Positions 12,769 through 23,945 of a stretch of 64,000 nucleotides of DNA are shown here, one piece after another. How positions within the stretch are numbered: the first letter of the stretch is position 1; each line of letters begins with the position of its first letter. Under the pieces are notes generated by a model. That model searched no databases, was not told where the DNA came from, and saw only the letters and a program-made list of their open reading frames with translations. A program made the position numbers and the translations under genes. Origin of the DNA: Azolla caroliniana. Its lineage: Eukaryota > Plantae > Polypodiophyta. Where the stretch lies: NCBI GenBank assembly GCA_043228905.1, contig JBHGNT010000017.1:2108001-2172000 (forward strand), written 5' to 3'.

Positions 12769-15732
12769 CATAGATACCTGCTAATATATGGAGAATGTGC
12801 CAAGTTATACTTTGGTGAAATCCTCAGTTGCTATAAACAATACATAAACTCTCCAGTTTTGTATAACTGTTGGGAGAGTGACTTCTCTTTTGTCATTCCA
12901 AGATTAGTGCAGCTGCATTTTAAGTTTGTTTATTATCATTGCCTGCGGATTAACTCCCTTTACATACTACAAATAAGGCAACCATCTTTTCGTTATTTTA
13001 TTGACAAGTATGAATGCATGTATCTTATATACATCACAGATTCTTTCGAAAATTTTATGCTTAGGATTAAGTTCAAAAACTATTTGATCTAGAGTAGCTA
13101 ACGGAAACAATCATCTGTCCATATCATTATATTTTATGCCATGTTTATGTGAATCCTGGTCTATTTTTGTCTGGTATTGAGGACATTGTGGTGAATGTTT
13201 ACATTGTGCAAGTGGTGTTTATTGAATGTCTAGTGCAAACGAGGCCCCTCTTTCCCTCTGAAAGGAAGGGAAGAGAGCTCTTTTTTTTGTCTTCGGTGAT
13301 TTTGGGTTTTTGGGTTTTTGGTTTTTCTTTCTTCTTCGATTCTTCTTCCTTTTACGATTGTGACATTTTGGAGAACAAGGAGCTCTCCATTTTTTACGTT
13401 TGATTTTCAACATTTGGAGCTCGGCCTTCTAATGTTCACATGAAGGTATATCGTTGCTTCACTTCTTCTTGATCTCCTTTTCTACTTACGTGGTCGTTGT
13501 GGTTGCCGACATCTTAAAGGGATGATGGAGTGGCAAAGAACACTATGAATCAAGGCATCATGACCTTTGAAAGTAGTCAGGATCAGCAATCCACTCAACT
13601 CACCATCATTGGAAGCTTCAACCCTCCCCCATCTTTGTTTTCCATTTTATATTAGTGGTTAGCTATTAGTTAGCATCGTTGTAATCTATTGCTCAAACAC
13701 TTGTATACCCTATTTTAATCTTGCTTTTCGGCCTAACAAGGGGCTTTCTTTCTGTCTCAAAACTGTTTAAATCCTTTGACATAATCTCGTGCTCATTATG
13801 TTGGTCATATGTTTTGAACCTAACCTCATGTGTTGGTCATTGTTCTACTACATGAGAGTAAGATGCAAAAGAAGAGGAACTTGTTGCGAGCCTTCAACTT
13901 GATGCTCCCTCCGACTAGTTGCTTCATTTCACTCCTCCGAACTTTCCACTCGTGGGAGCCTTCGACTCCCTTGCATTTTCGCCCACCTATTCTTTGCGTC
14001 CTCCATGGTCCAATACCCTTGTGGTCCTACTCAAATAGTACATGTACATGTGGTCGTAATGTGATGTGTCCAAAGGTAGAAAAGTGGAAAACGGGAAGGT
14101 CCACTCACATCACAATAACATATTGTGGTGTCCCTTTTGTACAAGTGCATGCCTTTTAGTACACCCTATCTTCTCTCTCCTTTTCTTGTTGATCTTGTCT
14201 TATTTTTCAGTTGTCTATTATTATTATAAATCTATTGCTCAATGTCATCTCAAGATCTTCATCTCTAAGAGTGCTAGTTTTGTTTTGCATCTTGACAGTT
14301 GCTTTCAACAGGACATTGTCACCTACGATGTGATCGTCTCTTCTATGTGCGTTAACAGCTTTTGACCATACATGAGTTGTGTTGGCATAAACCCTTTCAA
14401 TGAGTTGTGGGTGGTCCTATCGACCCGCAACGAGGCCAATCACCAACCCTTCATTCACAAGCTCAAACAATAGCCATGTTTATGGGACCGTGCCCAAGCT
14501 CTATCTGCCCATTGGCTTATGGGCTATAAGCAATCGTAAGGGAGAGCTCAACTCCTAGTTACTCGAAGAGCTATGTGGCTTCATTGGCATTGAAATCTCA
14601 CATGCTTGCCACTACATTCTCCACAAACTCGTATGGGCCTATGACATTTTGAAGCAAGAACTCACACATTGTTGCCGTAGTACAAGGAAACCATTGAACG
14701 ACCAGCCAGGGCCCACTAACTATTATCGATAACAAGAACAAGTTATAGTACCACCCATCATGAGAGAATGTCGGCATTCCACATTGACTACATCTCATTA
14801 TGATATGCGGTGGTGTAACCCATGTTAAGCATCAATTAGTGCGGTGGGTGCGAATCCTCTATGAATTGGGATTGACAGTATTCCACGTGCCTCAAATGTT
14901 GCATACAGACATCAGACAATTTGTGTAGGGTGGGTCGAAATGAGGGAAGTAGAAATCCATATGACATACGCTCAGGCAACATGAAACGTTTTGTTCTAGA
15001 CCGATGGTTGATTCCTTGATGCTTCTAAGAACACGACCCGAAGATCATTGTATGCTTTTCTATTCAACCATTGTCCATGTGAAGGAAGACTTGTGCAACA
15101 AAGTGCTAGGATGTGCTATCGCAAGTGAATTTGCCCAATGAATGAAGACCGCACGTGGACATTTTGTCGGTGTTGTGGCTTGGAGGATAACCGTAAACTT
15201 TATTGGACAGAGGAGTCATTCAGTCGAGACATTGAAGGCACATTCCTCCATGTTGGAGGGAGCCATGCTTTCGACACATTTTCCCCGATGTAACTCCACA
15301 TGCATAAACTATCTGTCGACCACGTGGAAACACCATGAAATAGTTGAGAAAAAGTTTCGTAATTTGTAGGCACAACCCCATCTCGACGCCTCCAAGCACA
15401 TTAATAATGCATTTAAAGTACAGGGTGCCTTCGTCAAGTCTTGAGTGGTTTTTGGAACGCGGACACTTTCATCTTAGCTTGCTCATCCTCCACATTCTTC
15501 TTTTGTTTCGTCATCTCTGTAGCTATATACATAGAGGAACGAATACAACACGAAGGGCTAAACAGAAACAAACCCACCCAGGCATGGTGGTGGGGTGGAT
15601 GACGTAGAGTAGGTATGGGATCATGGTGCAAGGGATAGTTAGTGGTGGTTGTAGTGCGTGTGTCATGGCGAATGAATAGACACAAAAAGAGCAGAAATGG
15701 AAAAGTGTAGATAGAGAGTATATCTTCTATTT

Positions 15733-15773
15733 GTCCCACATAGAGAAGACGGGGAGGCAAGCAGCTATAAATA
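15733..15773 (+). promoter_or_regulatory. U1 snRNA promoter: USE + TATA (Pol II spacing)
   Basis: GTCCCACATAG at 15733 (plant USE consensus RTCCCACATCG) and TATAAATA at 15766, 33 bp start-to-start and 32 bp before the RNA start. Confidence 0.9.
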
Positions 15774-15797
15774 AAGTGGTTTGAGCAACAGCAGAAC

Positions 15798-15961
15798 ATA
15801 CTTACCTGGGCGGGGTCTATCGGTGATCAACAAGGCCCATGGCTTAGGGCCGGCGCCTCCATTGCACTGCCGGAGGGGCTGTTTGCCCTAGCATCTCCCC
15901 AATGTGGGAGAGTGCACGTCATAATTTGTGGCAGCGGGGGCTCGCGTTCGCGCGGCCCCTT
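15798..15961 (+). ncRNA. U1: U1 spliceosomal snRNA (copy 1)
   Basis: 5' ATACTTACCTGG, loop I GATCAACAAG, loop II ATTGCAC, Sm site AATTTGTGG, terminal hairpin with TTCG loop; ~164 nt. Confidence 0.97.
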
Positions 15962-16689
15962 TCTCAATCAATCGAATCAAACTCTGAATGTCCGCCCGAA
16001 AATTGGGTGTAAATGAACTACGAAATCTGTAAACAACATATGGGCGGTTATATATAATCTCCATGTTATGTGATGCAAATAACAGAAGACGTATGTGATG
16101 TAAATAGCACAGATGGGGTGGAGTGGTCACGGATATGTATATCCAGAAGGGATAAACAAACGATAGGGTCAAGATGGACGCAAATATTAGAAACAGAAAT
16201 AATCATGGATTGGATGAGGCCGCCATGAGACTGAAATATATATATATATATATCAGTCGGGTAGGACGTATCACATGGCATGTCTATACACCCATGATCA
16301 CTCCTGGATATGCAAGATGCCAAATTCTTACCACGGGTGCGGAGACTCATGGGTATACATACCCCAACCAATAGGCGGTGTAAAGAGAAGTTTAGGCAAA
16401 CGGGTAGTTATCTACCAGCCCTACACTACCCTTTGCTTGTTTAGGTTCAGGTCCGCGTTAGTGGCCCAATCAGAGAATAGAGAGCGTGCGGTTGGCAAGT
16501 ATTTTGCCGTGTGAATGGACTTCGTCAAATCTATGTAAATATATATTATGGGCCCTCCCCATGTTTGGCTTCCACATACATATTCAGTTAAAATAGCTCC
16601 TTAGCTTACAGAAGGAATTCGGAAACTCGCTCATAATACCTATTTATTCATTTGTCATTGCATTCTTATAGTTTGGATGATTGTAGTGG

Positions 16690-16896
16690 GGGGGGCGCGC
16701 CTATATGACCTCGGCGTCAGTGCAAAACCGAGGCGACGCTCGCAGCTCCCAGAGACAGCAAGCTGCCTCGAACGGGTGCTGCCCCCATGAAAGAAATTAG
16801 GTTAATATCATGTGGCCTTATAGGCCACGTATCAGATATTAAACTGATAAGAACAGATACTACACTTGATCTTAGCCAAAAGGCCGAGAAAGGTAT
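16690..16896 (-). ncRNA. U2: U2 spliceosomal snRNA (copy 1)
   Basis: Minus strand reads ATACCTTTCTCGGCCTTTTGGCTAAGATCAAGTGTAGTATCTGTTCTTATCAGTTTAATATCTGATA, with loop IV TTGCAC. The 3' end is approximate. Confidence 0.97.
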
Positions 16897-16921
16897 GATT
16901 TGGGTTGTCTTTCTACTTCCA

Positions 16922-16961
16922 TACTTATAGGCTGGGGTGAGCAGGCGTCTATATGTGGGAT
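16922..16961 (-). promoter_or_regulatory. U2 snRNA promoter: USE + TATA
   Basis: Minus strand ATCCCACATAT (16961-16951) and TATAAGTA (16929-16922), 32 bp spacing. Confidence 0.88.
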
Positions 16962-17443
16962 ATCTTCCCCCCCCCCCCCTCTCTTCTACAGTTACGTATG
17001 TTAACCTTTTCTCTTCCCAAACCAAATAACAATACCCCCTTATCTACTACGTATGTTAACCTTTTCGCATCCCACACCAAATATAACAATGCCATATATA
17101 ATAACCTTCATGAAAGCTTAGTTTTTGCTTCTCGTGCACCTCGCTCCACTTCAATGAGACCTATCAACCATTTTTTGTGAATATGATTCATTTCTTAATT
17201 AAGCCTACCTATGAATATAATCAAGCATCCTCGATCTTATGACATAACACCTCAAACGTCTTCACCATGGGTTTGTCCACATGTGGACTTTCTCAAATTA
17301 TTCTAATACATTTGCACTTTTACAGATAACACCGGTGTGTAGCTTTGGACATGACATATAGCAATCTCATATATGCAAAGATTGACACTCGAACTCAAAA
17401 CTTGCACTACAAAGAATGGGGAACTGGACGGTAAAAGCCTCGG

Positions 17444-18908
17444 ACAATTGCATCATCAATCAAAGTCAAAGTCAAGATAATCCTTCATCGAATTCATGCC
17501 TTCGATGTGGTTTACGAGGGCACTGGGCAAATACTTGCCAAACTTCTAAGTTTCATGTTGATCTTTACCAGAAGTATGGCAAGCAAGGTCAAGATAGGAA
17601 ACTAGAGGCAAAAACATGAACGATCTCACCATCAATTCTAATATTGGAATATAGTTTTATGGATCAACCTTTGGAATTCGAGCCCGAAGCAAACATGATT
17701 GAGGCCCATGCAATTGATTTGCATACAAGTCATTTTCTTTGTCCTATTGACTACGCCTCAACACACACTATTCTATGTCATAAAGAATCCTCATATCATA
17801 TTAAAGATCTAGCCCCTTTCAGCATCAAGATTATCTTTCGTTCTTGTATTGGACAAGGAAGAGGGACCCCACTATCCAACTTCCAAGTGGCACTTTCTTG
17901 GAAATATGTGATGTTATCTATTCACCTACCCCGCTAAGAAATCTTCATGCATTTGCAAATGTGCGATGCAAATGGATACCACTAGATCCTTATACTGGAG
18001 AGGGGGAGAAAGAAGCTCAACGAATATTACATCTACAAAGTATTGCCAACAATGCACCAAATGTTTTTGTTGACATTTTCAATATGAAGGTCTTCGACAT
18101 TAATCCTACTATGAATGTGCTTACCCGAATTTTGATTGGAGAATCACCGGCACATGTCGTAGAATCTCAAAGGAAGCGTGGGCGGCCTATTGGAGCAAAA
18201 GATAAACAATTAAGAAAGCGAAAACCAACAACTGAGGCTAAAATTGAAGTTCCTATAGTATCAAATAGGATAATTAGTGAAGAATTTTGATTGCTAATTA
18301 TGCTAATTCTCAAGTTAATACCACGACAAGAGGTTAATGATATCTTCATTGTCTATATCGCAACAACATTTGGGAACGAATCGTATCCTCAAACTATTCA
18401 AGAGGCAAAAGCATCTCCTTTTTGGGATAAGTGGAAAGAAGTTATTCAGGTTCAACTAAATAGTCTTCTCAGACGAGGAGTTTTTGGTAAAATTTAAGAG
18501 AATTTAACTCGTTGGCTATCGTAGGGTTTTTGTGCGGAAGCACAATGATAAAGTTATGGATGCAACGAGTTTTCGTTGGCTGATTCATTTTACTGTTCAA
18601 TGAAGTTTTCATATGCATCAAAGGGATGTGGTTACACCTTATCTTTATGGTGATTTGGATAACGATATATACATGAAGATACCCGAAGAACTTTGCAACT
18701 CTATGCAGCTTCGAAAATTTCACAATCCATCGATCAAGTTATCATCCTCTTAGAGAATTTGTCATCATCGCAAATTATGTTGATGGTGTCAATATTATTG
18801 GGACATCCAATGTTATTGAAGATGTTGCTACTATGCTTAGCTGCCAATTTGAAATGAAAGACCTCGGGTTAACTACATTCTGCTTGGGTCTTCAGATCGA
18901 GCACCTAT
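17444..18908 (+). mobile_element. Old degenerate copia, 5' part (outermost host of the nest)
   Basis: Zinc knuckle CLRCGLRGHWANTC, KRGRPIGAKDK, PQTIQEA..WKEVI, and RT FEMKDLG..FCLGLQIEHL, which breaks off at 18908. Many stops and deletions; no 5' LTR seen. Confidence 0.85.
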
Positions 18909-19419
18909 TGTTAAGAGTCTATTACTAATCAATAGACCAAAGTAAAATAAAAGAAGGAAAATAGATTGGATAGAAGAACCCGTTCCACCCGACCACCCCC
19001 GAGCTATGATCTAGACATAGCCAACCTACCACCGACGTCCCATACCGCCGGATATTAGGATGACTAATACCTTGGAAGAGATAAACACGATCGTCGAGAC
19101 GAAAGCCTAGCCCACACAATTGGTGTCTAAGACAACAGCCTTCCGATGTAATGTCCTTATGAGGGTAGCTAAGCCTCATATTTATACCTTTTCCTAGGCC
19201 CCTTGAATAGATGTGCCTTTCTAAAAGGCTCTCCATTCATTGGTTGTCCAAATCATGATAGTGCATGCACCTATTATTCTTTCTATCCAATCATTAGTCC
19301 CCTTTTTAACATTAGTGAACATACCCTTCACTAATGTGAATATTAGTGACCTACCCTCACCAACGTTATGTGTACATAACATACTCCCCTACTTCAAAAG
19401 ATTGCACTCTTGCAATATA

Positions 19420-19983
19420 AAGTGAGGAAATTGTGCGTTAAGAGTATGCTCGTGTTCCCATGTAGCATCATCAATAGGTTTGTCAATCCATTTGTTCTTG
19501 AATAGCCGAATCTCTTTAGAACGTAAATGCTTAGTACGAGAATCAAGAATTTGTTCAGGAACATGAGGTTTGTAAGAAAAATCCTCTAATGTTACAAGAT
19601 CTTGGATTGTGATGGTGTTATCACCAGATCCTAAAAATGGTTTTAGATGACTGACGTGAAAAATAGGATGAATACCAATGTTATGGGGTAAGGCAAGGTG
19701 ATAAGCAAATGACCCAACCCGCTTAAGGATTTCAAATGGGCCACAATATCATGGGGCTAACTTAGCGCACTTGCCCGTAGACAATGATGTAGAGTCAATA
19801 GGTACACACAAAAAACTTTTTGACCAATAGTAAATGCACGAGGACGTCTATCCTGATCAACATAAAACCGAGCACGATCTTGAGCCGTCTTGACATTCTC
19901 TTTGGCAATATGCAACATTTGGTTCATGTCTTGCAAAAAATTGCGTGTACTGTCTAATGTATCACGATGAATCGTGACATCAA
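19420..19983 (-). pseudogene. Gypsy A integrase C-terminus with GPY/F motif and chromodomain-like tail
   Basis: Minus strand translates KLAP*YCGPFEILKRVG..YHLALP..IHPIFHVSHLKPF and PEQILDSR...KWIDKPIDDATWEHE. Confidence 0.8.
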
Positions 19984-20167
19984 TGTCGAATACAAGTGTA
20001 TAATGGACGTATTCACACTATCCCTTTGAGCCATTTGTGTAATTAGCATAAATGGTAGTTGCCCTAAGTCGGTCACTATATATAGTGACCTTGTAACCTT
20101 TTTGTAAGGTTGGATGTTGTATTATTGCTTTGTGGAATAGAGAGTCTTTTGTGTGTGTGTGTGTGTG

Positions 20168-20198
<31 letters not shown>

Positions 20199-21462
20199 AA
20201 CGACCTAGAAACTGTTATACGCAGGTAAAGAACAGAATCGAATGCTTCTTGATCTTCCGCACAGACGACTTCGTCTCCAACATCTGGTATCAGAGCCTGC
20301 ACAGTAGTCGGTCCTTCAATCCGCTGTCGGCCGTCGTCTCAGCCTGCACAACATTCGGTTTCCTGCGTCATTCGAAGAAGAGAGAAGAAGAAGAGAAACG
20401 AGGCTTGCATCTCATCGCGTTAGATCATCTTCGCTTGGAGTAAGCCAGCAGGTTGTACTCTGTCCCTTGTGATCGTAACCGCTCGAGGTGAAATCCCCTT
20501 GTGCAACATTGACACGATCGTGCTCCACTCGGTTAAACGGCATCCGAAGAGGTCACCAAACGCTGCTCGTTGTAACCACTCGGTGCAGATCGGTCTCAAG
20601 ACAACAACCCCAATTCGTGCTTCATCCGGCTGATCGACATTCGAGAGGATCAGTTGGATCTGTCTCTCTCGTCGCTGCAGCCACCCGAAGCAGAATCGGT
20701 CCAGACAATCGGTTTCAATAATCGGTATTCGGCATATATATCCGAAGCGAACCGGGCTCACTCCGACTCGGCAACATTCGGGAAGACCAGTCGGTTCTGT
20801 CCCTCAAGCTACCGGAGTCAATTCGAGCAAGTTCCGAAGCCGAACCGACTCGGGTTCAAATCCGACTAGAACGATATCGGGTGAGCCAACCGGCTGCACT
20901 CCCACAAGGTTCGTAGTCAACTCCGAACCGAGCTTCGTCAACCGAAACCGAATTTGATGGCATCAACATCCGGCTCGTCAGAAATGAGTCTACGAAAGTT
21001 CGATGGATCGAACTTCAACTTTTGGAAGGAACAAATGCAGGACTATCTCATAGTCAAGGGGCAAATCGATCCCATCGAAAATGAAGAACCTCCAGAAGGA
21101 TACAAACCAATTGAGTGGCAGAAGCTGGACAGAATCGTCCGCGCCACGATTCGGATGCACCTATCGGAATCGGTATACTTTACGGTGCAATCGTGTACGA
21201 CAGCATTCGAACTGTGGAAAACACTGTCGGACACTTACGAAAAGAAGGTCGCCGCAACGAAGATGTTTCTGATCCGGCGCCTCTACAACTTGCGGATGAA
21301 AGAATCCGATTCGGTTCAAGCACACCTCAATGAGTACGAAAGCATAAGCTCCCAAATCTCGTCACAGGGGACGGCAATCGAGGATGAACTCAGAGCAATG
21401 ATACTCATGAGTAGCCTTCCCTCATCATGGGAAACTTTCGTCACAACCGTGTGCAACGCGTC

Positions 21463-21496
21463 TGTTGAATACCTGCGTATGACAGTTTGGAGGTCG

Positions 21497-21545
<49 letters not shown>

Positions 21546-23845
21546 CACAAAAGTACTTCTTATTCCATAAAGCAATAATACAACACCCAACAAAAAAACC
21601 TTTACAAAAAGGTTACAAGGTCACTATATATAGTGACCGACTTAGGGCAACTACCCTTTATGCTAATTACATAAATGGCCAAAACAGGATAGTGTGAATA
21701 CGTCCATTATACACATGTATTCAACACTCCCCCGTAATGGGCGTATACATGGGTTATCTAAGATTACAGGTATAGACTTAGGTTCTCGGACATATCAGCT
21801 TTGTTCGAGTCGGCAGGGTCCGAAGGCAGAAGACCGAACTGGTCGGGTCGGAACAGTTGAAGCCGATCATTAAGGAACTGATGTCGGTTGTCGGGAACCA
21901 TCCTGCTCTGTGTCCGGCTCTAACCGGACTGGTTTGTCGTTACGCCCATCTGATGCCGAAGAGACCGAAAACGGTCTGCCGAAAGACACTTGGTCATTCC
22001 ATCTGCGACATTGTCGGTTGTGGATATTTTCTCTAGACCGATTTTCCCTGAAATGACGCAGTCCCGAACGAAGTGATATCGAACGTCGATATGTTTGGAG
22101 GCGTTGTGGTGAACCGGATTTTTCGACAAGGCAACAGCACCTTGACTGTCGCTGTAGACAACTGGAGCCGAGTCATGGTCGACTTGTCGAAACGTGTGCG
22201 CCAGCCGACCGAGCCACAAAGCTTCTTTTGCTGCGTCGGACGCAGCTACATATTCTGCTTCGGTCGTTGAGGTCGCTGTGCACTCCTGAAGTTTCGACTT
22301 CCACGAGATTGCTCCATTGCCGAATTTGAAGTAGTATCCGGTTGTTGATTTCCGACTGTCTATATAGCCGACGAAGTCCGAGTCGGTGTAACCGACTACG
22401 CCTGAGGTTCGGTTCGGACCGAAAAGAATGCCGTGGTCTTTTGTGCCAGCCAGATATTTGAACACATGCTTGACTGCGTTCCAATGCGATCGGCCAGGAT
22501 TGTGCATAAATCTGCTAACGACTCCTACGGCGTGAGAAATATCAGGCCGTGTCGCGACCATCAGGTACATAAGGGAGCCGACTGCCGGTGCATACGGTAC
22601 CGACTTCATATCTTCCCCCTCCGGACCGGATGTCGGGCAGTCTCGCTGAGAGAGCCGAAGATTCATGGGGAGCGGGGTTGAAGCAGATTTGGCTGATTGC
22701 ATGTTGAAGCGTTCCAAGACACGTCCGATATAGTCGGTCTGAGACAAAAAAAGATGTCGTTTATCGCGATGCCGACTAATTTTCATGCCAAGGATGTGTC
22801 GTGCCGGACCGAGGTCCTTCATGGCAAACTTCAACCGCAGTTGCCGAACGAGATCGGCAAGTTCGCCCGCGTGGCGTCCAGAGATTAGCATGTCGTCCAC
22901 GTAAATGATGAGGAAGATGGGTGATCCATCTTGAGCTGTGTTGGTGAAGAGACAATGGTCCTCATCGCTTTTTGAGAAGCCGATCGATTGGATGAAGTCG
23001 TCGAACTTCTTGTACCATTGTCGCGGTGCCTGTTTGAGGCCGTATAGACTCTTCCTGAGTCGGCAGACTAGATGTTCTTGGCCGGTTGCCACGAAGCCTT
23101 TTGGCTGCTCCATATAAATTTCCTCGTCAAGATCACCATGGAGGAATGCTGTTTTGACATCTAGCTGAATCAGCTCCAAGTTGTCGGCTGCCACTACGCC
23201 GAGTAGAAAACGAAGGGTTGTCATTTTCACCACTGGTGAAAAAATCTCGTCGAATTCGACGCCATATTCTTGTCGGAAGCCCTTCGCAACTAATCTGGCC
23301 TTGTACTTTGGGGTGGTCGAATCAGACGTCTCTTTTAGTCGATAAACCCACTTGCAAGGAAGAGCACGTCGGTTCCTAGGTAATTCGACCAGATCCCAAG
23401 TCTTGTTTGCCCGAATGGAGTGCATTTCCGACTCCATCGCCAGATGCCAGGTGGCGGAATCGACAGATGTCGATGCTTCTTCGTAAGACGTCGGTTCGCC
23501 GGCGTCGGTGAAGAAAATTCCAGGAGAATACCTCTCCAGAGGTTGCGACAGTCTCTCGGATCGGCGAGGTAAGATTGGACTGGTCGCATCGGGTATCAAG
23601 GCCGGATGGTCCGAAAGCGGATTGTTCTGCTGTGCCGAGTCGGGGTTGTCCGAGTCGGTAGTGTAAGGTTCAGCTACCCGTGAAGCTGACCGTGTGTTGA
23701 GAGCAGGGCCTTCTTGAAGGGTCGGCACATCGGAAAATGTTACCCTTCGGACTTCGATCGGTTTTTCAACTGATGGATTCATAGCCGACTCGTTGAACAC
23801 AACGTCCGAACTTCGAACGATTTGTCTGCGTTCGGGGTCCCAGAG
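21463..23845 (-). mobile_element. Copia D, same family as B/C, inverted inside gag of B; 3' half visible, rest lost in the gap
   Basis: RT-RNaseH ORF 21920-23800 (YVDDML, KHIDVRYHF), PPT 21727-21735, short LTR 21463-21726. Shares diagnostic SNPs with C rather than B. Confidence 0.9.
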
Positions 23846-23945
23846 NNNNNNNNNNNNNNNNNNNNNNNNNNNNNNNNNNNNNNNNNNNNNNNNNNNNNNN
23901 NNNNNNNNNNNNNNNNNNNNNNNNNNNNNNNNNNNNNNNNNNNNN
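23846..23945. other. Assembly gap (100 N placeholder)
   Basis: Run of exactly 100 N. Confidence 1.

Noticed and set aside
13100-15550. Possible degraded retroelement sequence (also 500-1600, 4400-5300 and 8000-9900)
   Set aside because: No diagnostic motif, termini or TSD could be read with confidence.
16060-16240. C/D-box snoRNA in the U1-U2 spacer (repeated ATGTGATG)
   Set aside because: The C-box match is imperfect, the CTGA candidate is not conserved in the second copy, and no terminal stem is visible.
16717-17025. ORF conserved with 59259-59585 (FSAFWLRSSVVSVLISLISD)
   Set aside because: It is a spurious translation of the U2 snRNA.
20954-21697. 247-aa ORF with a REREREREA tail as a novel gag fusion
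   Set aside because: It is chimeric read-through from B gag into the inverted LTR of D; the RE run is a (GA)n microsatellite.
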